NCBI RefSeq assembly: GCF_006345805.1
Contig: NC_043008.1
Span: 72,540,001-72,604,000 of the forward strand
Length of the DNA stretch: 64,000 bases
From: Octopus sinensis
Taxonomy: Eukaryota
Reading direction: 5' to 3'
Of this stretch, positions 50,656-64,000 are shown piece after piece (positions within the stretch are counted from its first letter, which is position 1; the number at the start of each line of letters is the position of its first letter). The notes beneath the pieces are model-generated. The model did not search any database. It worked only from the letters and a program-made list of their open reading frames with translations, and was not told the DNA's origin. The translations under genes were made by a program, and so were the position numbers.

Positions 50656-52269
50656 TTATGAATGTCAGTTTCACATGCTATCATACATAACATCATCTGA
50701 GCCAAAAACAAAAACAAAAACAAAACAATGACATTGTTTACATTTTCCTGTAAGCAAATGCCCTGTTGTTCAGCAAACATGTGAGGACAATTTAAATGAA
50801 AAATACAATGCTGGATGAACACCGCAGTTTTGACAGGTAGAACGTCTGGCTAGAGAACATCTATGGAAAAACAGACATAAATGTGATGATGATTATGGTA
50901 AATATATATATATATATATATAATATAAAGTACTCACATATTTCTTATACATGTAACAGGTGTTTCTATTTCTTAATGCTTTAGTTTTCAGTTTGTTACA
51001 TCTTATGCATCAATACTCCAGATAAGAGTTTATATATATTTTACATGCTTATAACATCTGTACATTTTACTAAGAAGTCTTTTATGGAAAGATATACATT
51101 ACTCATTTTGATCATATTCTGACATCACCAGTACCAATACTCACTGTTGTGTTTTCAATTTAAGTAATTTTCCGAGAATTCTGACAATCAGAGTTTACAG
51201 CTCTTATTGTTAGAATTCTTTCATAAACAACATATTCAAACATGTTGTTGTTACGTTTGTGGTATTTTTGTTTATCCCTCTGTTTTTTGTAAAGTATGAA
51301 CTGAAGATAACTCTATTATACTCTCTGACTCTCTCCCTCTTTGTCTCTCTCTCTCTGTCTTTCTCTCTTTCTCTCTCTTCTCTGATGACAATGATACCTA
51401 GATATATATTGCCAAATCTCATGGCTATGTTTGCTGTTAGAAACTTGTAATTACCCAACAAGTTGAGAACCTAAATAGGTTTTTTGTGTTCATCTGTCAA
51501 ATTGATATGTGTAACTGATGTTCTTGATGCTCTTGATGTCATAGTATTATTTAGGTTTCAGGTTGTTTATATATGGGATGAAGTATGTGTATATATGTGT
51601 GTATATACATAAATGTATATGTATATATATGTATGTATGTAATGTATGTATACACACACACAATATATATATATATTTATATATATATATATATATATAT
51701 ATGTTATAAAGCAATAGAATGATAGAGAGATAGAGAGATAAAGAGGAACAAATTCTCTCTGAGCTCTGAAGGTGAGGGTTCCTTATACACATGGTCGTAT
51801 TTACACCAGTGATCTGCCCACCATCACCACCGCCAGCTTTCCAGTCCAGTACATAATTAGTAGCTAATGTAATTTTCTCAATATCAATAGACGTAGATAT
51901 TTTCCAATCTTACATTTGGAAATAAATCCAAATTTCATAGAAAGCCAACATTGAGTGATTGAATTAGTTTATAGAATGAGAACTGTGATTAAAGATATTT
52001 CTACATTCAACTTTTGCACTGCCAATCAACATTTTCAATGCACCCTGCTGCCATCCTCCCCACCCACTTCTCTGGCATTTTCTAACTTTTGAAAGAATTT
52101 CATAGCATTTTTCCCGTGATTTTATTTTTTATATTTTTATAACTGCTTACAAACAAAATACATTGTATCTGCGTGTGTGTATGTATGTTTGTATGCTTGT
52201 ATCTATGTATATATATGTGTATGGCTATAGGTGTGTATATCGATATACATGACTGACTTATCAACACAT

Positions 52270-52302
<33 letters not shown>

Positions 52303-53929
52303 TTATATATAGCTGTATGTATGTGGTAATGTATGTGAATTACAAACAGATTCTGTTTTTGTTTAGTGTTAGCCTGTTGATGTTCCTTTTGTGAATATAG
52401 AGGATGTGTGTGTATATTAATATGTGAATGTTTACATTTTATGTTTATATTTTATATGACCTTGCCTTGTGTCTTTATGAGTGTATGTGTGTGTATTTTG
52501 TAGCCATGTTTGTGTACATATTTGCTGTAAATATTTGTGCTTTCTCTTACATTATATGTGTAGTATACATGTTTAGATGCACACTATAAAATATACACTA
52601 ATAAAATTACGCATAAATATTGAGATGTAAACCATATTGCCGATGAGTAGATTTGTTGATAAGACACTTCAGTGGTGACATTAGAAGCAACGTCAATGAA
52701 ACACTCTTGTATATATCATACTCTCTACACAGGAACTAAGTCATTATATATATATATATATTTATATCACACACACACATATAACAAAGCCATAACAAAT
52801 ACTATATTCCACTGTTTCTGAGTCTCTCTTAGCATTCATCCTGTTATCACTCACAAATTTGTCAGCCATCCTTTGTCATCCTCACATTTATCATTCATAC
52901 TTCTAGCATTCATGCCACTACAGCTCATCTCTTGTTCTTCCTATCCTTACTCTACTTTGCAGCTGATGTAATTAAAGATAGCAGTAGATCACTTTGTCAC
53001 ATCTTGCATTGCTTCCAGTGCAACTTCAAATGCTACTTGTCCTATCTGATCCTTTCTTCAACACTCTGCCTCTCCCACTCTTAGCTCTCTCACCATCTTG
53101 GGGTTTGTACTTAAGGGGCCTCATCAGACCTGTATGTACTCCATACACTACATATATTATCCCACTGACCATTTGATATCAACATCCATCTCTCACTTTT
53201 GCCAGTTACCCACCTCTTTGCTATCCATCACTCTGTCACCTTTGTCCTACCTAGTTCTGGTGTTGTAATAAAATGTACCCCTCAATGTAGGGTTGTGAGG
53301 ACCTTTTATTCTTTTATAAAACATAATAATCTCTATAGTATGGGTGCAATAAAAAATGGACCCAGTACACTCTGTAAAGTGGTTGTTTGTTGGAAGGGCA
53401 TCCAGTTATACAAACAAAACCCAAAATGGAACTTATGAGCAAGATGTAGTTCTTTCACCTATCTAGGAGAGCAGAAAGGGTCTGTCCATATCCAACCTGT
53501 GCCACCATAGAAATTAAACTTATAATGATGATGACAATGATGATGACGAGAATGGTGTGTGTGTGTGAGAGAAACCTTACTAATACTGGTGCTATGATAA
53601 AATGCATCCAGAACATCCTGGATTTGGTTGATTAATGAGTGGAGATGACAAAGGTTTCAGAGAACTTCATTGTTGCTGAGAAAATGACAGCATCAAATGT
53701 TGGTTCCACAATAAAATACACCAACTACACTGTGTAGAATAGTTGATGATAGAAAGGGTATCCAGCCGTAGGAAACAAACCAGAAAGAAAATGTGAGTGC
53801 AGAACATGATCTGTTGATACATCCATGATGGCAGTAACACATAAGAAGAATAACTCATTTTGCATGAACCCATCAAACCTATGCTACCATAGAAAATACA
53901 CATCAAATAATGATGATGGGTATTGCTCT

Positions 53930-54315
53930 TTCTGTTACTTGTTACACTCATTCGACTGCGGCCATGATGGGATACCACCCTGAAGAATTTTTTGTAGAAT
54001 GAATCAACTCTAGTACTTATTTCCCTTTTCTTAAGCATGGTACTTATTCTATGAGGCTTGTTTACCAAACCACTGGGTTACAAAGACGCAAACTCACCAA
54101 CATTGGTTACAAAGTGGTAGTGGAGGACAAACACACACACACACATGCACGCACACACACACACACACAAAACAATGGGCTTCTTCCTGTTTCCATCTAC
54201 TAAATCCACTCATAAGGCATTGGTAGAAGACACTTGCCCAAGGTGCCATGCAGTCAGACTGAACTCAGAACCATTTGGTTAAAAAGCAAGCTTCCTACTA
54301 CACAGCTACGCCTAC
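53930..54315 (-). mobile_element. tRNA-derived SINE with internal (CA)n
   Basis: aagacacttgcccaaggtgccatgcagt..gactgaactcagaaccat...aagcaagcttc (head) and gactgcggccatg.tgg (tail) are reverse complements of the 33245 family. Confidence 0.8.
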
Positions 54316-54497
54316 TTGAGTATTACTACTTGCAATATAGGTATGATCAGACATATTCCCCTTACATATCAAAGGTTGGCACATTCTGCTCACTTTTTCA
54401 TTACAACTTCATTGTTGCCTGAAAAGAATTTGTAATTTTATTAATATATGTTGTGTGCTTTTGGTGTTATGAGTAATTATGGTGTACCCTGCAGAAT

Positions 54498-54535
<38 letters not shown>

Positions 54536-56039
54536 TATTACCACGTGGTATGCATGCATGCGTGTGTATGTATACTTGTGTGTATGCATGCATAAATATG
54601 TGTACATACGTATGTATACACACATACTTTTATAGATGTGAGATTTACTTACGCACATGCATACATGTTAGGAATATGTCTCAACACACTCGTGAATCAT
54701 GAGGATACACCATTTTTAAATAAAAAATGCATTCTATGCAAATTGATAAAGCCTAAATAGAAAGTTATATTAGGCAGGCACACACACACACACACACACA
54801 CACGTATCCCTTCGAATATTTACATACATATATTTAAATATTTATAAATGCATACAGTACACATATATAAGTATAACTACACTCAGATATATATTTACAT
54901 ACATTTAAATACATGCACATACATGCATCTATGTACATGTGTGTGTATGTATATATATATATTTATTTGTATGTATATATATATGTATGTATGTAGGTAT
55001 ATATATATGTGTGTTATATATACATATTAATACACACATGCATACTTAGAGATACACATAGAATGTTCACACAATGCTATCCACATCAAAATGTACACAA
55101 TACACATCATTTGTATAAAATATTGATTTTTCTCTCTATTCCATCTCAATTCCTTTGGTCTGATTCCCCTTTCTTTCTCTTGTATAAAGTAGACCAAGAG
55201 ATTCGTAGGTAAGGAATACGCACCAATCTTTCTACACACACACACACACACACACACACATGCATATGTGTTATTCAAATTTTTTCTTCATTATCCTTTC
55301 TTGTTAGTTTTTTTTTGTCTTTTAATCTTATTCTGTTTCTTTATTTGATGTCATTGCTTGAATGAAGACACAAATAATAAACCATGTTTGGGAGTTGTGG
55401 AAGTAAAAAAGAAATAATAATAAGAATAATGATGATGATGATGATGATAGTAATAATAATAATAAAATATATATAAAAGAAATAAATATCAAACTTCTTT
55501 TTCTTATTAACAATACGGTTTTTTTTTTTTCTCTTAATCTTCAGCTAAAACAATGTGCATTAGAATTTACTTTCTTGGTAGAGAAATAGTGTGTTTCATT
55601 TGAAAATGTTGTTTCTAAATAGAATGGCAAAAGCAGAAGATAAAGATCTAAATATTTGCATAACACCTTTTCATATAGATGAGTCCGACATTTGAATACG
55701 TTGGAAATAAAATACATCGAAGTCCAAACCAGTCTCTCTATCACCATTCCATTTGTCTTTTGTTTTGTTTATTAATTTTTTTATTTCCTTTATCATTTCA
55801 AGAAATCAACTGACTGTTGATAAATCACACAGTTTTCAAAATTAAGAATCTTGTTTTTTGTTTTTGTGATTTTTTGTGCTTTTCATTTTTATTTGTAATA
55901 AATTTGTCGGCCTTTTCAAGAACTTTATTTATGAGATGGTTGGTTATCCTGAACTGACAGCAGAGATGATGGAAGAAGTTAAATGGTAGAAGACTACCGA
56001 GTGAGAGGGTGATGGTTCATACAGTTGTCATCAAAAGTT

Positions 56040-56200
56040 CTAGGTGTGGCTGTGAAGTAAGAAGCTTGTTTTCCCACCACATGGTTCCAGGTTCAGTCTC
56101 ACTGTGTGACACCTTGGGCAAATGTCTTCTACAATAGCCTCAGGCCAATTAAAGCCTTGTGAGTGGATTTGGTACATGGACACTGAAAGAAGCACATAGT
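56040..56200 (+). mobile_element. SINE head (33245 family)
   Basis: gtggctgtgaagtaagaagcttg...ggttcagtctcactgtgtgacaccttgggcaaatgtcttc. Confidence 0.85.
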
Positions 56201-56214
56201 CTATATATACATAT

Positions 56215-56259
<45 letters not shown>

Positions 56260-56275
56260 AGTCACAACAAGGACC

Positions 56276-56830
<555 letters not shown>

Positions 56831-56832
56831 TG

Positions 56833-57345
56833 AAGGCGGTGAGCTGGCAGAATCGTTAACTTGCTGGATGAAATGCTTAGTGGTATTTCACGTGTCGGTA
56901 TTTCACCTGTGGGTAGTAAAGAAATAGGTATTTCACCTGTCGCTACATTCTGAGTCCAAATTCTGTTGAGGTTGACTTTGCCTTTCATCCCTTCAGGGTT
57001 GATAAATTAAGTACCAGTTGAGTACTGGGGTCGATATAATCAATTTAATCTCTCCCACCAAATTTCAGGCCTTGTGCTTCTAGTAGAAAGGATTGTTGTT
57101 GTTATTATTATGATTATTTATTGTAGTGAACTGGCAGAACTGCTTGTATGTTGGAAAAAATGCTCAGCAGTATTTCTTCCTTTCTGTTTCTTTACATTTT
57201 GTGTTTGAATTCCCCCAACGTTGACTTTGCCTTTCATCCATTTGGGATTGATAAAATATGTACCGATTGATCAATGGAATTGATGCAATCGAATTTCTTC
57301 TTGCCTCAAAACTGTTAGCCCTGTGTCAAAATGAGAAGAAATTCT
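56833..57345 (+). mobile_element. Two tandem tRNA-derived SINEs (56833-57090 and a decayed copy at 57122-57345)
   Basis: ggcggtgagctggcagaatcgtta...gaggttgactttgcctttcatcc...gataaattaagtaccagttg; the first copy contains a duplicated ggtatttcacctgt. Confidence 0.85.
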
Positions 57346-59109
57346 TATTACCTTAACTTCTTCGCTTGTTTACTGCATTTTTATGTGAGAGTGAAGAGAA
57401 GGTATCTGTGAAACTTGAATGGAATTAAATATCACAAGGTATTTATTCGATGCACCAATTCATTAGAAATTTCTCATCAACATATATAGATTTTGACAAT
57501 AGTATATCATTGTCTTTATCATTTTATGCTTGTCTTCAAGCTGTCATGGGTTGAGCAGGTTGTCACAACCTAAGTCTATTCTTATTTTCAGTTACTGTAT
57601 TCGGGGACTGATTGGTGGCTCTAGAATGCTCATTTCCTGTTTGCTCATTTTGCCTTTGGCTTGGTTTCTGTGGTTGGATACACTTACTAACATCTATTAT
57701 TTTGCTGTGTTGGAATTGGTTGACATTAGGAAGAGCATCCAGCCATAGAAACCATGCCAAGACAGACAATTGGTGCTAATTATGGTAGAACATAATTAGC
57801 CAAGATGTTGTGCTGCAGGATCAAAGCTGAAACAATGTTATTTCAGAGCCATATTTTAAACCACACTACCATACACTCATTATTTAATCACTAGATATAT
57901 ATAGTTCTATAATGGCGTATATTTCCATTCCCATGGTGTACTTACAAGATTCCATACTTCTCTAAAATGAAGTCTTTGAACTTTTATGCAATATATTTAT
58001 ATTTTACATGGACAAATACATTTTCTGCTGGAGATGATATATGGTTTAGGGGCCACATATACATACTAATGCTATATCGATGTAATGATATCTTTAACCT
58101 GAATCAAATATTTTGGTTTCATGTTACAGGGCAAATGGACAAATATTTCAAAACTTTGCCTTCATAGAAGTTGACAGAATAAGGTTATATAATAGTAAAC
58201 AGCAGGTAATTTATATTATGCAAGTTAATGCATTTGTTTATGGCATTCTTAGTAGTCTACTAGATTTTTCTCTATTCTGTACATTCTAGTAGCCTTTTGC
58301 TGGATCAACATATTTAGTTTGGATGCTTTAACAGTAATGAAGCTAGAAAAAAAAAAAAAAGAGAATGATTAAAATATGCAGATTACAAATCATTTTGCAA
58401 TGTTTTATTCAGTCTGATTATATTGCAGTCAGGTGTTAAGCCATTCAGTAGGATATTGTCCATATTGTGAAGTTTAGTTGATTGATTAGCAGTATAACTG
58501 GCAATAATGGCGATTGGCAGATCCTAGTACTTCATTAAACATGAAATTCCGTTGATAATTCAATTAATATCACTTGGCAATTAAAAGGTTAATGAGAACA
58601 GTACATTTCACTGATAAATGGCAAAGAAGTTTCTTTACTGCATCAAAAACAGTTTTTTAATATAAGTGAGAAGAGTGGTATGTTAATGATCCATTGAATA
58701 GTTTTAGATTAACTGTTGGAAAAAGATGGGGGTTAATGTTCTATATCCTAGGAAGCAAGGACTAGGTGAGGTTGAGTAGGGGTGTATATAATGTGGGTAA
58801 TGACAGAAAGAGAGTGAAGCAAGTCAGGAGTGTGACTCTGTTGTCAGTATGAAATTTTTCACTGAATATTAACCAATCTCTGGAGATTTTGTTTAGTTTT
58901 TCTTCCTTACTGGTGTTGGAAATTCCTGAATGCCCTAATGTTGTTGGAGTTTTTTTTTAACTGATAAGAATATATTCCAAATGTTGAGAATTGCTGTATG
59001 TCTAGCTTGTGTTAATGAGACATGAATGAATATATATTGTATCAGATCTTACTATATGTAGGCTCTCACAACTGTGTAAACCCTTTTCTCATACTCTATT
59101 TGTTTGCCT

Positions 59110-60230
59110 GTTACTTGCTATTGTTCTAACAGCATCAGCTCCTCATTAGACAAACTTAGCAACTCAACCACATTGTCATCCTTTGTGTCTTCAATCCTCA
59201 TGTCATTTCCCAGTGTTACAATATCTTGCTGAGCTCGATGTAAACTTATTTAAGGTAGAAAAGCTGCAAAGTCAGAGATACAGTTTGGCCAAATGCTTTA
59301 CCATTCATGATTGCAGGTTTCACATGATTTTATGACTCATCTTAGTTATCCTCATTATTCATACTGCTGAATTTTCCCAGAAGCCTCTAACTGTAGTTTT
59401 TTTATATCTCACTTGTTTTTATGAGTAATTTAAAACTTCTTGATATTAGCTATTATACCTTGATTCTTTGGTTGGAGCAATGAAATTGTTGTTTTGGAAA
59501 TATATTCCACCCTCATTATTTGAAAGATTTTTCAAGTTCACTGGGAACTTTGGAGCTTAGTCCAAAAGAAGTGATGATTTGTTGGAAATGTCATGACTAT
59601 CTCAATACATTTCAAATGTAAAGCAATAAAATTTGTAAACAAGGCTTAGAAAGGCTCATTGTCTTCTAAGCCTTCTTATTTGAGTATCAAATCACAGGTT
59701 GTTTAAATTTTAAAAAACCTTGAAAGCTCTTGAATTTTCATAGTGATACACATGTAGGGACTTTAATTTCATATCACCTGCAGCATTTACTCCCATATTA
59801 AGTGCTAGATAAAGTTTACAAACTCTTATACTCAGTGCTGATTTTTTCCTCACTGCAATTGCAGTAGTCATATGCTTCACAAAAAGCCCAAACTATCAAT
59901 TTTCTGCAGTTGTTCTCCTTCAACAATAATTCCCTTTAACTCCTCAACGTTACAGCAGCTCTTGTTTTATAACTAGTAGCTATTCCACTTATTTTAATGT
60001 AGCATTAATACAATTTAAGGTTTCTCTTAAATCTTTCAAAGCAGTCTTTAATACGAATACCAATTCTCATATTAACTTCTAGCTTTCAATGAATCCATTA
60101 TTCATTGTCTGCAGCCATTTCTTTACGTAAAGAGCAAATAGTAAATTTGTGGATGCTTGCAAAAGCTTTGTCATGATGGAATTAATTAGAGGAGAGTTAC
60201 TTTTCAAAATCACTTACCTTGGTGAAGGTC
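59110..60230 (-). mobile_element. Tigger/pogo-type DNA transposase relic
   Basis: Minus-strand segments FERFKR..ISG, GVNAAGDMKLKSLHVYHYENSRAFK (59719-59793), LLQPKNQGIIANIKK (59432-59480), WPNCISDFAAF and LSNEELMLL follow DDE_1/CENP-B-like order, with many stops. Confidence 0.8.
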
Positions 60231-61283
60231 TTTCTATGTTTGACTTTACATGAACATGTTAAATATAAATGTACACAGCTTTTATTTTAATCAAGCTGCT
60301 TAGTGTCCTTCTTATTAATTCTTGCTTGACAAAGCTTTGTACATGCCAGCAAATTACAATTTGTTGTTTACATATAAGAATTGCAGCTCTTAACAGGCTA
60401 CGAATGAAAGATTCATTATCTGTCACAGGTAAAGTGTATCAATGTAGAAACGAGTCCAACTGTAGTTGAATGATGTCCTTCATAACCAAGCTTGGTGCCT
60501 TTTCATGCACATCATTTATTAGGAGGATTTCTCCATCAAGACTTCTCCCTGCAGCAAAGATCTTTCCATGTTTAAGTGCACAGAAACTTATTAAATATAA
60601 ATGTACAGAGCTATATTTTAGCCAATGCTGTTTAATTAATGTGTCTATAATTAATTAGTTAATTAATTAATAAGGTAGTGCTACTCCATGGTTGAGTGTT
60701 TTGCCGTTGGAAGAATATTCCAGTTGTAAAAACATTTGTATTTCTTTCAACAAACTCAGCCATAGAAATATGATAGGATCATAAAACAATACAACTAAAA
60801 TGAAGCATACTTTACCCAAGTATTTTTATTACCAAATCTATGGAAGAACATAATTCCTGCTAATACCATTATTTATTATTGCTGATGATTATCTAATATT
60901 CTAATGATGTGTGTGTGCATGTGTTTGTGAGTGTGTGTGTAGATTTGGTGATGCAAACAAGAAAACAGAACTCAAACATGCATATATATATATATATACA
61001 CTCATGTTTTATTATTAATATTTGGCAGAAGTTAGAGAGTGGCTCAAAGGCCAACTATTTGATGTGTTAGGACTTAATCATGAGTGCCAAGGCACGAAAC
61101 TCTTGGCTCTAGAACGACCCTATAATGTCTGCTGGTTATTAATAAAAAGATTAAAAAGCACCCAGTACACCCTATTAAATACTAGGCATTAGGAAACATA
61201 GGGCCTTGTAGCCTCTCTGTTCTTGTCAAACTGGCCAAACTATGCCAGCATGGACAAAAGGGCACTGAATGATGAGGATGATG

Positions 61284-61314
<31 letters not shown>

Positions 61315-61869
61315 TCTTAGGTTGGAAAAAATTTTAATATATATTATCAAGATGATACTTTTCTTTATTATTGATTACATAATCCCATTTATTTGGCAAA
61401 TTGCTGATGCTTTGGACATAAAATTCTTCAACTTTTCTTTCATGACTGTCGTAAGGACAGCATATATCCGATCTCTCTCATATATCTTTTCTCTTCTCAA
61501 AGAAAATACTTCTCTAGTGTTTGCTATTTTTACCCTTGTTCTGGTCTTATGACCCTCCATGTTTATTTTTGTTTGGCTTCCTTGTTTGTCTCCACTGTCC
61601 TGTTTTTGTTCCCAAATTTGACTGTCCATAAGTACTAATTTTTTATTTTGGCATGTATGGAAGCAACTGTCTTTAAAGACTCATTTTTTCATTCAGTGCT
61701 CGATAGATAACCGAAAACTTACGAAGGGTCCTTCTTTATGCTACTTGTTGTTTGTGTATTGAACTCATTTGCTTTTGTATTTCATGTTGTTTACTGTTTG
61801 GCGATGTCCTGTATACACATGCATGTGTGTATATATATATATATATATATAATATATATACACACACAC

Positions 61870-62400
61870 ATCATCGTCATCTTTTAACGTCAGCTTTCCA
61901 TGCTGGCATGGGCTGGATGGTTTGACTGGGGTCTGGGAAACCAGGAGGCTGCACCAGGCTCCAATCTGATCTGGCAGTGTTTCTACAGGTGGATGCCCTT
62001 CTTAACACCAACCACTCCAAGAGTGTAGTGGGTGCTCTTTACATGCCACTGGCAGAAGAGACAGAGGAGCTGGCATTGACCACGATCAGATGGTGCTTTT
62101 TATATGCTACAAGCACTGGGGTCACAACTACACTTGATTTGTTTTTGATATTGATGTTGATGTACTTGACTCAATAGGTCTCTTCAAGAATGGCATGTTG
62201 CCCTATAATCCAAGGTACTTTTGAGTGGGCTTGTTATGTGCCACTGACGTAGGTTACAGATGTGAGCTCACTTTATTTGCCAGGTTTTCTCAGTCACGGC
62301 ATACCTCCAGAGGTCTCAGTCTTTTGTCATTGCCTCTGTGAGGCCCAACATTCAAAGGTCATGCTTCACCACCTTATCCCATGTCTTCCCAGGTTTGTCT
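61870..62400 (-). mobile_element. RTE 3' end and SINE-like tail
   Basis: catcatcgtcatcttttaacgtc..catgctggcatggg...; 62310-62400 is the reverse complement of KTWD.VVKHDL.MLGLTEAMT. Confidence 0.8.
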
Positions 62401-62481
62401 CTACCTCGGATTCCTTCAAACAGCTCTCCTCGTCCATCCACAGTATATGACAATAACAATGCAAACATCTCTCTTGCATGC

Positions 62482-62519
<38 letters not shown>

Positions 62520-62520
<1 letters not shown>

Positions 62521-64000
62521 CATCATCATCATCATCGTCGTTTAACGTCCGTTCTCCATGCTAGCATGGGTTGGACGGTTCGACCGGGGTTCTGGGAAGC
62601 CAGAAGGCTGCACCAGGCTCCAGTCTAATTTGGCAATGTTTCTACAGCTGGATACCCTTCCTAACGCCAACCACTCCGTGAGTGTAGTGGGTGCTTTTTA
62701 CGTGCCACCTGCACAGGTGCCAGGCGGGGCTGGCAACGGCCACGGTCAGATTGGTGTATTTTATGTGCCACCGGCACGGAAGCCAGTCGAGGCGGTGCTG
62801 GCATCGACCACGAGTCGGATAGTGCTTTTTACGTACCACCAGACCAGGGATCCTGGCTGGTTCAATTCGATTTCGATTTCGCTTGCCCCAACATGTCTTC
62901 ACAAGCAAAGGGGGTTGGCAAGGGTGCCTGTCGTACGGTCGCATTGGAGTATTTTACGTGCCACGGCCACGAGTCGGATAGTGCTTTTTACGTACCACCA
63001 GACCAGGGATCCTGGCTGGTTCAATTCGATTTCGATTTCGCTTGCCCCAACATGTCTTCACAAGCAAAGGGGGTTGGCATGGGTGCCTGTCGTACGGTCG
63101 CATTGGAGTATTTTACGTGCCACGGCCCCGAGTCGGATAGTGCTTTTTACGTACCACCAGGCCAGGGATCCTGGCTGGTTCAATTCGGTTTCGATTTCGA
63201 TTTCGCTTGCCCCAACATGTCTTCGCAAGCATGGGGGGTTGGGATGGGTGTCTGTCGTCGGATGAGGTTCTATATCGACTTCGCTTGCCTCAACCGGTCT
63301 TTGTGTCCAAGGGAGGAAAGGCATTCATAAGTGGGCTGGGCTCACTTGTCCTGCCTGGTCTTCTCACGTACAGAATATTTCCAAAGGTCTCGGTCTCTGG
63401 TCATTTCCTCAGTGAGGCCTAAAGTTCGAAGGTCGTGCTTCACCACCTCGTCCCAGGTTTTCCTGGGTCTACCTCTTCCACGGGTTCCCTCAACTGCTAG
63501 GGATTGGCACTTTCTCACACACCTATCTTCATCCATTCTCGCCACATGACCATACCAGCGCAATCGTCTCTCTTGCACACCACAACTGATGCTTCTTAGG
63601 TACAACATTTCTCTCAAGGTGCTAACGCTCTGTCGAGTATGTACACTGACATAACGGAAGCTATCAACTACTTCTAGTTTTTCCCCCTGGAAAGTGACGG
63701 AAGTTGTTTTCTGCAGATTTTCGGAGGTTAATGCTCCCGAGCATCTGCCACATACAAAAAACTATCTTCCCAGTTAGCCTACCTTTGACATTGCTGCACC
63801 TCTTATGTGTCATAGCTTACACTGGGTACATCTTATAGAGTTTCTACCTACACCTTTTCTACAGATCGAGCAGGGCCATCTTCCTGAAGATATTTGTGGA
63901 TTGTCTACCTTTCTACTTATTAGTACTTTGGTTTTAGCTAGGTTGACTCTAAGGCCCCTTGATTCTAAACCCTCCTTCCACACCTGGAACTTCTCCTCCA
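62520..64000 (-). mobile_element. Young RTE LINE 3' portion (RT motifs 6-7 with PHD finger, internal deletion, 3' UTR, (GAT)n tail), continuing beyond the right edge
   Basis: LEEKFQVWKEGLESRGLRVNLAKTKV..WPCSICRKGVGRNSIRCTQCKL, then after a frameshift LEVVDSFRY; ORF 63342-63617 ERRLRWYGHVARM..RGRPRKTWDEVV. CpGs are retained. Confidence 0.93.
62809..63260. repeat. 159-bp tandem repeat, about 2.9 copies, in the RTE 3' UTR
   Basis: c(a/c)cgagtcggatagtgc at 62809, 62968 and 63127. Confidence 0.95.

Noticed and set aside
60140-60620. Possible Helitron PIF1 helicase remnant
   Set aside because: The motif matches were loose, and the adjacent sequence fits a Tigger transposase much better.
62558-63330. 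235-aa and 145-aa repeat-containing ORFs
   Set aside because: Antisense read-through of the 159-bp repeats in the RTE 3' UTR.

Overview
AT-rich animal genomic DNA, probably from a coleoid cephalopod (Octopus-like). That assignment is an inference from SINE/RTE family motifs I recall and from the extreme (AT)n microsatellite load; it was not checked against a database. I found no host protein-coding exon I can support, and most ORF-track entries are microsatellite artefacts or transposon debris. The window is a mosaic of RTE LINEs (one uninterrupted 5' ORF end at the left edge, one young 3' part at the right edge, many deleted copies), CR1-group and R4/Dong-type LINE fragments, Penelope-like relics, tRNA-derived SINEs, Helitrons/HINE, and mariner, Tigger and MITE DNA elements. 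The best unexplained signal is non-coding: an intact type I hammerhead ribozyme (36306-36394, minus) inside a structured ~329-nt unit. A second partial copy carries a head-to-tail junction, making this a candidate retrozyme/circular-RNA element, and several other hammerhead-like motifs lie near (AT)n arrays. Also notable are a 162-bp monomer array at an RTE 5' end, a PHD finger inside the RTE reverse transcriptase, and several fold-back inversions. All folds and alignments were done by eye, and boundaries of old elements are approximate.
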